The position numbers and the translations under genes were made by a program. Shown piece by piece: positions 1-13,130 of a DNA stretch of 64,000 nucleotides. This stretch comes from Octopus vulgaris. Lineage: Eukaryota. The notes under the pieces are model-generated. The model saw only the letters and a list, made by a program, of their open reading frames with translations, searched no databases and had not been told where the DNA came from. Where the stretch lies: the NCBI GenBank assembly GCA_951406725.2, contig OX597815.1, forward strand, positions 45,322,001 to 45,386,000, written 5' to 3'. The number at the start of each line of letters is the position of its first letter. Positions within the stretch are counted from its first letter, which is position 1.

Positions 1-457
1 GTTGCGAATAAAAGTGTAAGGGATCTGTGGCCGTTCGCGTGGTGATCGCATTTTATTGGTTAATTTTCAATTCAATCAACCAATGAACGATAGTTTGGCA
101 TGCAGCTGTTTTCCAGAATTTTGTCTTACTCATTTTCGCCTTCTCTTCGTTGCATGGTATGTCGTTTGAGATTTTGCAAATAGTTTTCTAAAAATTAATA
201 TTATTAATATTTTTTAAAAATACATTTCTTTATAGTACAGCTTATAATATACTAGCTACTGTTCAGTATCTCTCCGTATGATAATAAACAAATACGACAA
301 TTATTATCGATTTTATCGTAGATTTTTTAATATTGTGTGAGTCACACTTTTTTAATTGGTCGCCGTTTGGGTGTCAGTTAATTTGAGGATGCCACATCAT
401 TAGGAGAAATACGGTACATATATAAAATATTACAAGCGTTGCCTTAAAAAGTACGAA

Positions 458-1183
458 ACTAGAATTGAAAAATGCACACAGTCAAAAGGATTACAGAATG
501 TCATAATAAACCTTAGAAAGTATAGGACGAGCATTGTTGCTCAAAAACATTAGAATTACTATGTTGTACATTCTGTGGCATCCTTTTATCACAAGAAATT
601 TGATTAGTTCATCGAAATTAAGTTGTATTAAAAATTTACGAAGTTAAATTGTGTATAAATACTAATGTCATCTTTATGCAATAATTCTATCTATGAATGA
701 TAATTTTTATAAATTTACAAGTATCAATCAAAAATAATTTAGTAATAATCTGTTTAATTCGCATAACTGTTCCATTAATATGTGTATCACAATGCGAATT
801 ATCTTTGCTTATAATTATTTCGGTTTCGTAATTTCGCTATTATATAGATTCAACTTCATTATAAATCCAGTTTTGTTTTATTATCATGGCAATTTGCATG
901 CAGAGTGCAGTATGTTTTTTATATACGTTGGTATGAAGAGCATTATAATGAATTTACTTATTCGAAGTTAAAGATCATATTTTGTACATTTTCAAATCTT
1001 TATATTAAGAACTCGGTTTAATAATTATCGTGACATGAGTCTCTTTTCGTTTTAAGATACCACAGAATGTACAAAATATAGGGATTCCAATATTTTTGAG
1101 CAACAATGCTAGTCCCATACTTTTTAAGGTTTATCATGACATTCTGTAACCCTTCTGAGCGTGCGCATTTTTTCAATTCTAGT
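458..1183. mobile_element. MITE-like non-autonomous DNA transposon with ~95-bp imperfect terminal inverted repeats
   Basis: ACTAGAATTGAAAAATGCACACAGTCAAAAGGATTACAGAATGTCAT... (458-555) is the near reverse complement of ...CATTCTGTAACCCTTCTGAGCGTGCGCATTTTTTCAATTCTAGT (1090-1183). The interior is AT-rich and non-coding. Confidence 0.7.
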
Positions 1184-1337
1184 ACACACACAAGGTGTAA
1201 CAGCTAAATTAAGACAAATTTCAAATGGATACATTTCTAATTGTATAGATTTTGTTGGAGTCTAAGTTTTATATATTACCAGCTTGAATATTCATTTGTA
1301 CTATTTTGTGTTTCAAATTGAACAAACTACGAATGTG

Positions 1338-1381
<44 letters not shown>

Positions 1382-1413
1382 TTTATTTAAAAGCAGCAGA
1401 AATTCAACAAAAT

Positions 1414-1451
1414 CTGTTACTCGGAGTTTCACGTTCCCGTTCGTCGGACAG
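1414..1451 (-). ncRNA. Minimal hammerhead-like motif inside a fold-back (1381-1511), probable PLE pLTR remnant
   Basis: The minus strand reads ctgt-CCGACGA-acg ggaa cgt-GAAA-ctc c gag-TA-acag. Stems I, II and III all pair; the core has a U4C variant. Confidence 0.5.
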
Positions 1452-1580
1452 TTTTGTTCGTGAAACTCCGAGTAACAGGTTTTGATGAATTTCAGCTGCT
1501 TTTAGATAAAGCATATTGCTCTACCTCTGGTATTTGAGTACTCTTTTTTCCAACTTGTTTCACATTTATGTGTTTACTCC

Positions 1581-1623
<43 letters not shown>

Positions 1624-2584
1624 GTGTGTGTGTGTGTGTGTGTGTGTATGCATGTATGTATGTATGTATGTATGTATCTATGTATCTATGTATCTATGTA
1701 TGTATATATATGTTCTCTCACTCTTTCTTCTATATTATTTTATGAATCCATAGTTCTTATATAATTTCTACATTACATGTACTTGTTTTTACCTTCTCCC
1801 TACAAACTATTTTTCTCTCCTTCAATCATTCCCACCTCTCACTAATCTTTATTTTCTCTCTCTTTTCTCTCTAATCTTCTTTATATTTTACTTTTCTTTT
1901 CTTTTTTCTGTTATGCACGTAGATAAAAATGCGTGCATTTCTTTACTGTACTTGAAATCTTTTCACTGTATTGAAATCGACGAAATAACTTATTATTTAT
2001 GTACTGTGTAACACACACGCATCCTGTATAATTCGGTTACAGGAGTGGGAAGGAGTAAGAAGGGAAGAAAGACAAAGAAAGAAAAAAAGAAAAGAAAGAA
2101 AGGTAAGCGCAATAAATGATTGAAAATAGGAATTGGGAAAACTTATACGACAAAAGACCTTCCTTACCCGACCGATTATGCCGATTATGTTCACCCTGAC
2201 AGGATTAGGGACACAGTAATCTATGTTCTTATCTTCCCAGATGTACACAAAATTATGCATTGACCACGATACTCTGGGTACAAATTGGTGGGAGGAGAAA
2301 GGGAGAGGCATAATAGGTGTGAATAATACCGGCTATTGTTTCAGGGTCTGTCTGCCAAGAAATACAGTCATGTGATAATCAATAGAGGGAGAAAGAAATC
2401 CCCCCCTTCCCACTTTCAATGTTTTGTTTTCTAACAAATATGCGTTATTCATATTTACGTTTCAACAGACGCATGTATTGTTGCTGTTCCTGTTGCTGTT
2501 GTTACTCCACTGCTGTTGCAGTTCCTTCTGTTGCTTCTTCTATTGCTCTTGGTGTAAAAAAAAAAAAATACTAGTTTATAGCGA

Positions 2585-2780
2585 GGGCGCCAAAGCCTAG
2601 TGGTTAGGATGCTGCACTAAAGATCGCGAGATCGTGGCTTTGATTCCTGAACCTGGCAATGCATTCTATTCTTCAGCAAAACGCGTTACTCTGTGATCAT
2701 TTCGACATCTGACATGTACACCTGTACAGGTAATGTCGATTTGACGGAGGCAGTGAACTTTTGTACAGCACAAACATGTG
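2585..2780 (+). mobile_element. Decayed tRNA-derived SINE
   Basis: A-box-like GCCTAGTGGTTAGG and a degenerate B-box (TTGATTCC). The head resembles that of the 46761-47065 copy. Confidence 0.5.
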
Positions 2781-3104
2781 TATTTAATCCTTTACCTTTC
2801 ACTTGCTTCAGTCATTAGACTGCGGCCATGCTGGGGCACTGCGCTGAAGAATTTTAGTCGAATTAATCGACCCCAGTACTTATTTTTATTTTATTAAGTC
2901 TGACACTTATTCTATCGGTCTCTTTGCCGAAATCCTAATTTACGGAGAGGTAAACACACCAACAGTGGTGGTGAATCGATGGTGTGAGACAAACATAGAC
3001 ACAAAGACACACACATTCATACACTCGCGCGCACACGAGCGCACACGCACGCACACGAGCGCACACGCACGCACGCACACGCACGCACGCACACGCACGC
3101 ACGC

Positions 3105-3197
<93 letters not shown>

Positions 3198-3366
3198 CAT
3201 GCATACAGGTACTTGTCCAGTTTCTGCATTCATAGAATGAACCAATAATAGGTATGTTTTTAAGAAGGATAAATGATGTCTATTTTATGGTAGAGTCGAA
3301 TTATCAACATTTTCAGTTCCCGTGCTAAATAATGCACTGGGGTTTATAGTATTTATTAGCAACAAG

Positions 3367-3531
3367 CGGAGGCGTGACTGTGCGGTAAGAAGCTTGCTTC
3401 TCAAGCACATGCATTCGGGTTCAGTTCCACCGCTTGGCACCTTGGTCAAGTGTCTTCTACTATATCTTTGGGCCGACTAAAGCCCTGTGAGTGGATTCGG
3501 TAGACGGAAACTGAAAGAAGCCCTTCGTATA

Positions 3532-3581
<50 letters not shown>

Positions 3582-3680
3582 TGTGTGTGTGTGTGTGTGT
3601 GCGTGTGTCTCTGTTTGTCCCCCCACTACCGACTGACAACCGATGTTGGCGTGTCTCCCTAAGTTAGCGGTTCAGCAATA
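3367..3680 (+). mobile_element. tRNA-derived SINE (family A) with internal (TG)n
   Basis: Head ...GGTAAGAAGCTTGCTT...GGGTTCAGTTCC and body GGCACCTTGGTCAAGTGTCTTCTACTATA...GGAAACTGAAAGAAGCCC are shared with copies at 33803, 41405 and 60110. Confidence 0.75.
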
Positions 3681-4313
3681 TCTGCATACGTGAAGAAGTT
3701 TGTTTATCAAAACAAGGGTAACAACAACTACATCCTCACCACTACAACTATTACTACCTATACCATCAACATCATCATCACTGTAGCATTTAATAGTCAA
3801 GACAAAATAACATTTTTTCTTAAGGCTTCAGTTCCTGATTAAGTCATAGAGGCAGAATCAACGAGTTCATCAATTCACGACTAAGTGACGACTCAAAGGA
3901 AAGACAGAGTGAAAGAAGAAATAAGTCACCGGTACTGGACTGGTGAACTCGTTGACCCGCTTATCATAGACGACAGATGAGGAGTCTGCAGTTTCTTGTT
4001 GAACAATCTGCACAGATGATTTGTTTATAGACCTGACTGTGTGGTAAGAAGTTTGCTTTCCAATCACATGGTACCGGGTTCAGACCCACAGCGTGGCACC
4101 TCGGGCAAGTATCTTTTACTACAGCTTTGGGCCAAGCAAAGCCTTGTAAACGGATTTGGTAAACGAAAAGATGATAACTGCATATGTGGGCAGCTCGAAA
4201 TACGAGAATAGAAAAACAGCCAACAACTGATGAAGGGTCGTTCTTTATGTTGTTTGTCTTGTTTTCCATTCGTATTTTTTGTTGCACGTTTCGTGACGTC
4301 CTGTGCCCACATA

Positions 4314-4443
<130 letters not shown>

Positions 4444-4560
4444 CGTGCATGCGTGCCTGTATGTGTATAGATGTAAGTATGTACATATACGTATGTATAT
4501 ATGCATATATATATTATTTATATTATTTGATTGAACGTCACGCATCCTCTTCCAAGTAAG

Positions 4561-4598
<38 letters not shown>

Positions 4599-4676
4599 CT
4601 TTGTTTAATTAAATGTAGTAGCATGAAAGGATTGTACTACACTACCTTTGGATAGCCTTGTTGCTTATTTTGATTA

Positions 4677-4708
<32 letters not shown>

Positions 4709-4924
4709 AATGATTTATTTTTATATACAGTACCTTGTCAGACGAGTAAGGGCGGCACCCTTAACTTTTTCTAGAGCCTTCGAGACTGGCGAGACTGAAG
4801 AAAATAGGTTAATAATCTCAGATTGGAGACATATCCCGAATGCTTTTAATTTAGCAATATTTTGATCTCTAGTTCTCCTATTATCACACAAGCTGAAATG
4901 TATAGAAGTAGACGATAATAGAAA

Positions 4925-4995
<71 letters not shown>

Positions 4996-5019
4996 CATGG
5001 AGAGAGAAAGAATATATAT

Positions 5020-5102
<83 letters not shown>

Positions 5103-5790
5103 GTGTATAATCGGTCAGAAATGAATGTCAAAATTCATAAGTAGAACAGTTTAAGTCGTATACGATGCAAGTTGGGTAGGTTTTCTTCAATGAGTTCAGG
5201 AGTCATTGAGTTCAGGTTAAAGTTGTAGTTTAAGTTCGAAATAGTGAATTATTAAAAATATCTATAAAGGGCATTGATAACCGCTTTCAAACTTATTCAT
5301 TCAATTTCCTATCCGACTGTGGTCCCGTTCCTGTTACGATAGCAATTTATCTAGCTCACTCGAGTGTGTAACATGCAGAGAAAGAGAGAAAAAAGAACTG
5401 TATATTTTCCCACCATGTTGATAATATAGCAAAAGATGTAATCATGTGTCAAGAAACTACATAAAATTCTCCCGCCAAAATTAAGAAAAGTCATTGGCTA
5501 CTTAAGGTCAACTGACAGTCTAAACTATAACACATTCCTTATAACCGAAATAGATGTGACAGACATTCTTTCCTTTTTTTAGTTCATCGATACAAAATGG
5601 ACTGAATAAATATGAACTAGCTGACCACAGGCTGCTTTGAAAATCACCTATGTGACTGTCTTATTTGCTATTCAAATGATTATTATTTATACGCTCATTT
5701 CTAATCAATAATTTTCCTTTTCTGTACATTTTCTATTCATTTCAACTTCAGTCTTGATAAAGATATATTTATAAGATCAAAATATTGAAA

Positions 5791-6242
5791 GGATCTTTTC
5801 GGTTTGAACGGCAGTTTTTTAAAATAATTTCCACGTAACTAAGCACTTTTAAACTTCGTATACTGGTAGAATGTGTTTATAAAACATCTTTTTCTCTTGG
5901 CTTTATTGAGAAAATTCTATAGTTTGTAAGATATTTGTTGTTGTTTTTCTTCAATTTCTGCAATTTCAACCAATCAATGACGTCTATTGGGGTGAAAACA
6001 TTCGGTACCGTATGAATATGTCCCTCGTTTAAGAAACAGATTGGGTTTATTTATATTTCCGAAGAAAAAAAAGATACCCTTCCCCCACCCCTAACCCTAA
6101 CCCTATCCATAACCATAACCCTATCTAACCCTAACCCTAAAACAGATTGAAATGCAATAGAGCGATACTAGGATCATAATTATAAGTGACAATTTCATAT
6201 GACACCGCTAGCAAAAAACTGCCGTTCAAACCGAAAAGATCC
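5791..6242. mobile_element. MITE with perfect 30-bp TIRs, 8-bp TSD and internal telomeric repeats
   Basis: TIRs are GGATCTTTTCGGTTTGAACGGCAGTTTTTT and AAAAAACTGCCGTTCAAACCGAAAAGATCC. TSD TATTGAAA lies at 5783-5790 and 6243-6250. A (CCCTAA)n-like run lies at ~6088-6139. Confidence 0.9.
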
Positions 6243-6480
6243 TATTGAAATATTGGTTTTCTCATATAGCCACAAGGTTTCGAGCTTGGGGTGGGGGCTG
6301 AGTACTTTCGAACTAAAGGATTACTCAATGCTTTCTGTAGCGTACGTATTTTCTTACAAGAATAGTCACAACAGTTTCGGCTCTCTTTGGCTTTCATTGG
6401 ACTATCTTATGAAAGTTAAGCAGATCGAAACTTAGAAGACACTGTCAACCTTATTTTTGTAAAAGATATATGCATATACA

Positions 6481-6640
6481 TATATTATTTACATTATTTG
6501 CATTGAATGGATATGTGTCCTCATCTTTGTTGTTACCACAACGTTTCGGCTGATTTACTTTCCAGCCTTCATCAATTGTCCTGGTAGAATTTTGAACCAA
6601 CCCTGGGTTCTCATTCCTAAGGTATTTTTTGCTGATGTCC

Positions 6641-6690
<50 letters not shown>

Positions 6691-6760
6691 TATTCAAGGC
6701 ATAGCATGGAATTGAACTCGCAATATTGGAGTTAGTAGAACGCGCTCTTAACCATTACGC

Positions 6761-6764
<4 letters not shown>
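6481..6764 (-). mobile_element. tRNA-head SINE with (AAT)n linker and hammerhead-like 3' tail
   Basis: The minus strand reads TAGCGTAATGGTTAAGAGCGCG...GAGTTCAATTCC (A/B boxes), then (AAT)n, then a tail containing TTGATGA-A-GGCTG...CAGCC-GAAA-CG-TT. A homologous tail lies on + at 8195-8380. Confidence 0.7.
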
Positions 6765-6853
<89 letters not shown>

Positions 6854-6861
6854 GTGATAAC

Positions 6862-6920
<59 letters not shown>

Positions 6921-6923
<3 letters not shown>

Positions 6924-7537
6924 ACAAACCACCCCCAGTGCTTGAAAATGACCACATCTCACTCCTCTGGAACTTCACCATTCAAACTGACAGGAAGATA
7001 GATGCAAATAGGCCAGACATCATATTGAAAGACTTCAAACAAAGAACATGCCTCCTCATTGATATGACTGTCCCAATCGATATAAACGTATCTGTCAAGA
7101 CCTACCAAAAACTGAGCAAATATAAAGATCTTGAAATAGAAATCAGCAAAATGTGGAAGCTGAAGACTAAAACAATACCTGTTGTCATAGGTGCCCTGGG
7201 AATGATAGCAAAAGGGGCTGATAGCTACCTAACTCAGATACCAGGAAACCCAAAAATGGCAGAAGTTCAAAAGATAGTGCTCATGGGAACTGCTCATATC
7301 CTACGCAAAATACTCTCTATATAATCTCAAGGTTTAAAACAAACATAATTTTCGGTTTAAAAAAAAAAAAAAAACCTTTTTTTTTTTAGACATTCATTAG
7401 TACAACATCCCCACCCCCAAATATATGGCACACTAGGCATAACAACAACATGAACTTCCAACCCTGTTGTCTCTTGAGGTCTCTGGGTGAGACTTGGAGC
7501 CAACTTGTACAAATATAAAGCAAAAGTCAAACATAGA
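6921..7537 (+). mobile_element. 5'-truncated R4/Dong-like non-LTR retrotransposon (C-terminal restriction-like endonuclease plus 3' UTR) inserted in (TAA)n
   Basis: The ORF ending at 7324 reads LLWNFTIQTDRKIDANRPDIILKD...LIDMTVP...KLSKYKDL...PVVIGALG. This is the PD..D RLE C-terminus typical of the R4/Dong clade. TAA repeats flank both sides. Confidence 0.8.
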
Positions 7538-7558
7538 ATAATAATAATAATAATAATA

Positions 7559-7611
<53 letters not shown>

Positions 7612-7632
7612 AATAATAATAATAATAATAAT

Positions 7633-8183
7633 AAATGCTCTGATGCAGTACCAGGCAGTGGCTCTCATGGCTTCTGATCTTAACTGATTGGAGGTGTTAT
7701 CATGTACATTGTTGTGTCTTGGTATAAAAGATGGGCTACAGCAAATATTCCGCTCAATACCACAGATTTGCTCATCAGTTGCTTGACCTTAACCAGTTGA
7801 GCATGTCCCTTGGCGGCTAGCGATATGTGCATCTCTGATTGCAACCAGAAGTAGTAGGGGAGCATCATAACAATGTGTTGTGAGGAATTCTTGGCTAATT
7901 CACCTTTGGAAACATAGGTGTTTTATTCAACCTCCTTAAACAATCCTTATTCAGGGACATTTTGAGTGGAATGGGCTACTCAACCTGATGAAAATTCTAA
8001 TTGGGCCTCACCTGCAAGGTCATGCGCTGTTCATCTTGATATGAGATCACCATGTCACGCACATATGGTTGTGATGCATGTGCCTGGTGTGCCCTTATCA
8101 GACAAGTAGTCATGATGGGTATACTGGGCTTTGTATATTTTACCCCAGTGTCACTTTGATGGCATGCACTGCTCTCCCACTCA
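7633..8183. repeat. Unclassified interspersed repeat bounded by (AAT)n
   Basis: A higher-GC block with sharp boundaries at AAT repeats and no credible ORF. Confidence 0.35.
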
Positions 8184-8194
8184 ATAATAATAAT

Positions 8195-8380
8195 AACATC
8201 AGCAAAAAATACGTCAGGAATGAGAACCCATAGTTGGGTTCAAAATTCTACCAGAACACCTGATGAAGGTTGGAGAGTACATCAGCCGAAACGTTATGGT
8301 AACAACAAACAAGATGAGGACACATATCTGTCCAATGTAAATAATGTAAATAATGTACAGAATTCTTCATCTCAAAAATA
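8195..8380 (+). mobile_element. 3' tail of the HHR-bearing SINE family
   Basis: Reverse-complement homologue of 6481-6637. Contains CTGATGA-A-GGTTG...CAGCC-GAAA-CG-TT at 8260-8295. Confidence 0.65.
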
Positions 8381-8438
8381 TAGAACAGTACATACATTTA
8401 TATTACATATATACCCACACATAATGTGTATGTATATA

Positions 8439-8496
<58 letters not shown>

Positions 8497-9066
8497 CAAT
8501 GAAACTGATAGATAGAGGGAGAGAGATAGGGAAAGAGAGAGATAGAGAGTACAATTTTATTGACTTCAGAAAAATGAAAGACAACGTTAATCTGGCAGAA
8601 TGTGAATTCAGAATGTAAACACCGAACGGCGATCTAACGATTCTGCCAATTTACAATATTATAATATTGGTTTCAAATTTTGCCACAAAGCCAGCAATAT
8701 CGGAGGTGTGGGAAAGTCGATTACATCGAACCCACTGTTCAACTGGTGCTTATTTTATCGACCCCCGAAAGGATGAAAGCGAAATTCAATCTCGGCGAAA
8801 TTTGAACTTAGAACTTAAGACAGACGAAGTGCCGCTAAGCACATACAGCGGCCTGGTACCGATTCTGCCAGTTCGCCTCTTTACCGTATTGGAAATATTT
8901 TGTTTTAATGAGTTCATTACTGATTTCAAACTTATTAACTTAATTTCTGATATAACAACGTTTTTTTATGTTAATTCTAAATGCGTGAGAGTTTGTTTAT
9001 TTATACCCACACATATAAACAGAGGGGTGGGGGAGATGATGATACTGATGTATGTATGCTTATATA

Positions 9067-9132
<66 letters not shown>

Positions 9133-10295
9133 TATATAAGCATACATACATCAGTATCATCATATATATATATATATATATATATCGAGATAAAAAGAAA
9201 GAGTGAAAATAAGATGGTGGGAGGATTGGAAAGAAATAGAGACAAAGAGTCTAGTATCTATCATGTTGAATTAATCCTCCAGAAACATTTCGCATCCATT
9301 TAGGTTTTTATTTTCTCTTATAAAAATATACTCACGTAGATACATGGGAAGATACAAGGAAAATCAACGCTCGCGCACACACATACACACACACACACAC
9401 ACACGCACACAACAGCAGCAGCAGAAGCAGAAACAGCCGTAGCAGCAGCAGCAGCAGCAGAAAACATTGATACACAGATGCCCTGAAAAGATGTGTAGAA
9501 ACGTTAGACTTTGACTACGGCATCACACGTTGAATAACGATAGTAGAGATAATATGAAGTGAAGTAGAAACAACAGAAGTGGAATTAGAAATAAATGAAG
9601 TCTATGCCATCTGATAAACTTATAAAGTCGCTTGTTGAAAATTCACGAATGTTTTGTTAGTTTACAGTTTTCAGTTCAACGTACTTATATTGGGTATGAC
9701 TTGGAGGAGGGGTGGTTGGGTTTCAAGTAAGGCTGCTTCAACAATTGACTGGTGTGTTTAATGTTTATTTTTAGATCAAATTTGAAATCAGATATGATGG
9801 GGATCGAGTAAAAGATAAAATATTATAGAGATTCAATATGGATAAAGAATTCCTTGTTGTTATATATTCCCAGATCACTGATCCTTAATCGTGTGGACCT
9901 ATGATCAAAAGTATTTCAGCTGTGATTATTCTGTCTTTTTCGAATGTGCAGAAGACCCAAGACCATGTTATTCAACGAGTTCATTCTTTAGAGAGTAGGG
10001 TGTGATTAGAGACATATTTGGCTGCTATTTATGGCAGATTCTTTTACTCTTTTACTTGTTTCAGTCATTTGATTGTGGCAATGCTGGAGCACCGCCTTTA
10101 GTCGACCAAATAGACCCCAGGACTTATTCTTTGTAAGCCTAGTACTTATTCTATCGGTTATTTTTATCGAACCGCTTTATAGAACTATATTCGTAAAAAA
10201 AAGTATAGTATTATATCATCACCCTCTTTTTCATTATTCGCGAGCGTTAAACTAATACACCTGTTTGTGTCTTTTGTTTTCTGTAAATTTGAACC

Positions 10296-10401
<106 letters not shown>

Positions 10402-10548
10402 TTGTCGCTAAATGTGACTAGGGTGTTGGAAACCAAAAAGGAGAATGTAGGTGTTTCTAACACCCTAGTCACATTTAGTGATATTACAACTCTCCTTTTT
10501 TTGTGAAACATTGCAAACAGCTGTTTATTTTTATTTGGTGTGTGTGTG

Positions 10549-10672
<124 letters not shown>

Positions 10673-10814
10673 ATGTTTGAGGCTCTGATGGAACTGTAAG
10701 GTCTGTAACGTGTTAATCAGGCACTCAACTGAGTCCAACGCATCTTATAGTGGAAAGAGCTGTGAGCTAATGAAGTTCGTAAAATAATCGTTTGTTTGTC
10801 ATCAGTTTTCTCGT

Positions 10815-10859
<45 letters not shown>

Positions 10860-11173
10860 TTGTGTATGTGTGTGTATGTAAAGCTACCCAAAGCAATCTC
10901 AGGCTCAAATACCTTACTTAAAGGAATTTCTCTGACGACTTAAACTGGTTAAAGGGCATGTCAAAGCTAAATCAGGCTCTTTGCTTACACCAAAATAAAA
11001 TAGTTGTGTAAACACTAATTACATAATTCTATTTCTTATCACTATGACACTAGAGACTTCGCATTTTGCTTCACAGCTAAACTTTCGGGCAGTCATGCCA
11101 TTTTTATATATATATTCAGTTGCTGCAAAGCACAAGCTCGCTGTGTCAGTTACATACTCATACACACAACTGT

Positions 11174-11242
<69 letters not shown>

Positions 11243-12104
11243 GCACGCACACACACACATATATCCCATATGTGTACTCAAGAATCTTCAGTAATTTATC
11301 TCAGTCACCAATTTGTTCCTCCTCGCCTTGTGTGTGCTTGTGTGTATGTGCATGTGTGTGTATGTGTGTGTGTGTGTTTGTGTATGTGTGTGTGTGTATG
11401 TGTTCATTCATACATACATAATCACCTTTATATCCATCTATAACTAACTATATACATGCATTAAATTTAATGTTTGTATGTTAGTGTATATCCGAGCATA
11501 GAAGTATACAGATGTACATTCGTATCGAGAAGTAGATGCGTGCAAAGAAAAACCAAACAATAAAACCAAACAACAAAGCAAGAAAAAGATGCTAATTTTC
11601 GAAAACCCTTCTTTTTTTGTTTTTGTTGTTGTTCTTGGTGTTATAATTTTGTAGGGGGAAATGGCGAACGATTTTAAAAAAGCATGCATAAAAATAACAT
11701 AAAATAAAGAAATAAATTACATTTTTAAAAAAAAGTTTGACAGGGGTTGCATTCTGTAATTGGTGACACTGTGTCTCCTACCCTAAACCCTATCTAAACA
11801 GTTTGCACCCTTGACTCTTTCCCAGAAATGCATCCCATTCGAATTCCTTTCCTGTTTCTCGTTTTCATTCCAACCACTTAACAGCAGCAATTCAAATTTA
11901 ACATTAATTTCACTAGCATAAGCCTATTAAAAAGGTTCTGGGAACTGCAGTCCCCTTCACTTCCTGCTCGTCTTTTTTTTTTTTTTTTACCCTTTCTCTA
12001 ACGACTGAAATAATAAAGATTTATATTGAGAAGTCTCTAATCAAATATCTAATGTTTGCATGGGTAATGGTGGTGGCGATGGTTGTGGTGGTGTGTGTGT
12101 GTGT

Positions 12105-12178
<74 letters not shown>

Positions 12179-12819
12179 GTTGAATCTATCCACTTTTACT
12201 ACTGGTGTTCATTTCATAGACCACCAAGAAATAAGAAACAAAATTGACCCAAACGAAATTTGAATTTAGTGATTAGTAGGGTGAAACTAAATCCTGCATA
12301 AAATATTTACTCCAACAGTGTGGCATTCCTGCTAATTCCAACGGTATTCCCCGCTAAATTATTAGTTATCATTATTTGTAACAGCTATGAGTAGGTTTTT
12401 GATGGGAAAAGTTACAGAGTACCAAACAAAATGGTTTGCAGTATTTAATTACGTCTCTGTTTCTATGTTAAGTTCCCACCAGAATCTGATGTACGTTTTC
12501 TTTTATCATTCCGAGGCCAACAAATTAATTACCAGTATTAGTTTGTATGCCAACTTGATTGAATATACCTCCTTCATTTTATAAATTAATAATTTTACGA
12601 CAATATGCAAAATCGTTTTCTTACCAAGTGTAAAAGTGCATTGCAGTGTCTTTAAAAATAAAGAGCAAAAGTAAATGATTTTCAACATTTAATTCTATGG
12701 TTTTAAATACTAAGTTTAAATCACACAGTTAGTGACTTCCTCTTTCAATCTAGTCTCCTGAAAATTGCCTCAAACGAGAATCGAAACTGGCTAACAGGAT
12801 ATCTTAACAAGTGAACCTA

Positions 12820-13130
12820 TTTCTTTACTACTCACAAGGGGGCTAAACACAGAGGAGACAAACAAGGACAGACAGACGGATTAAGTCGATTATATCTATT
12901 TCTTTACTGCCCACAAGGGGCTAAACACAGAGAGGACAAACAAGGACAGACAAACGGATTAAGTCGATTATATCGACCCCAGTGCGTAACTGGTACTTAT
13001 TTAATCGACCCCGAAAGGATGAAAGGAAAAGTCGACCTCGGCGGAATTTGAACTCAGAACGTAACGGCAGGCAAAATATCACTAAGCATTTCGCCCGCCG
13101 CAATAACGGTTCTGCCAACTCGCCGCCTTA
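12820..13130 (-). mobile_element. tRNA-derived SINE (family B) with partially duplicated tail and 16-bp TSD
   Basis: TSD TTAACAAGTGAACCTA lies at 12804-12819 and 13131-13146. The minus strand has the B-box GAGTTCAAATTC. Nearly identical to the 39398 and 51800 copies. Confidence 0.85.

Noticed and set aside
4228-4260. CTGATGA as a hammerhead core (also on the minus strand at ~29925-29935)
   Set aside because: No stem II followed by GAAA and a UH site could be built.
6088-6139. True telomere or chromosome fusion site
   Set aside because: The run is short and degenerate and lies inside a TIR/TSD-bounded MITE.
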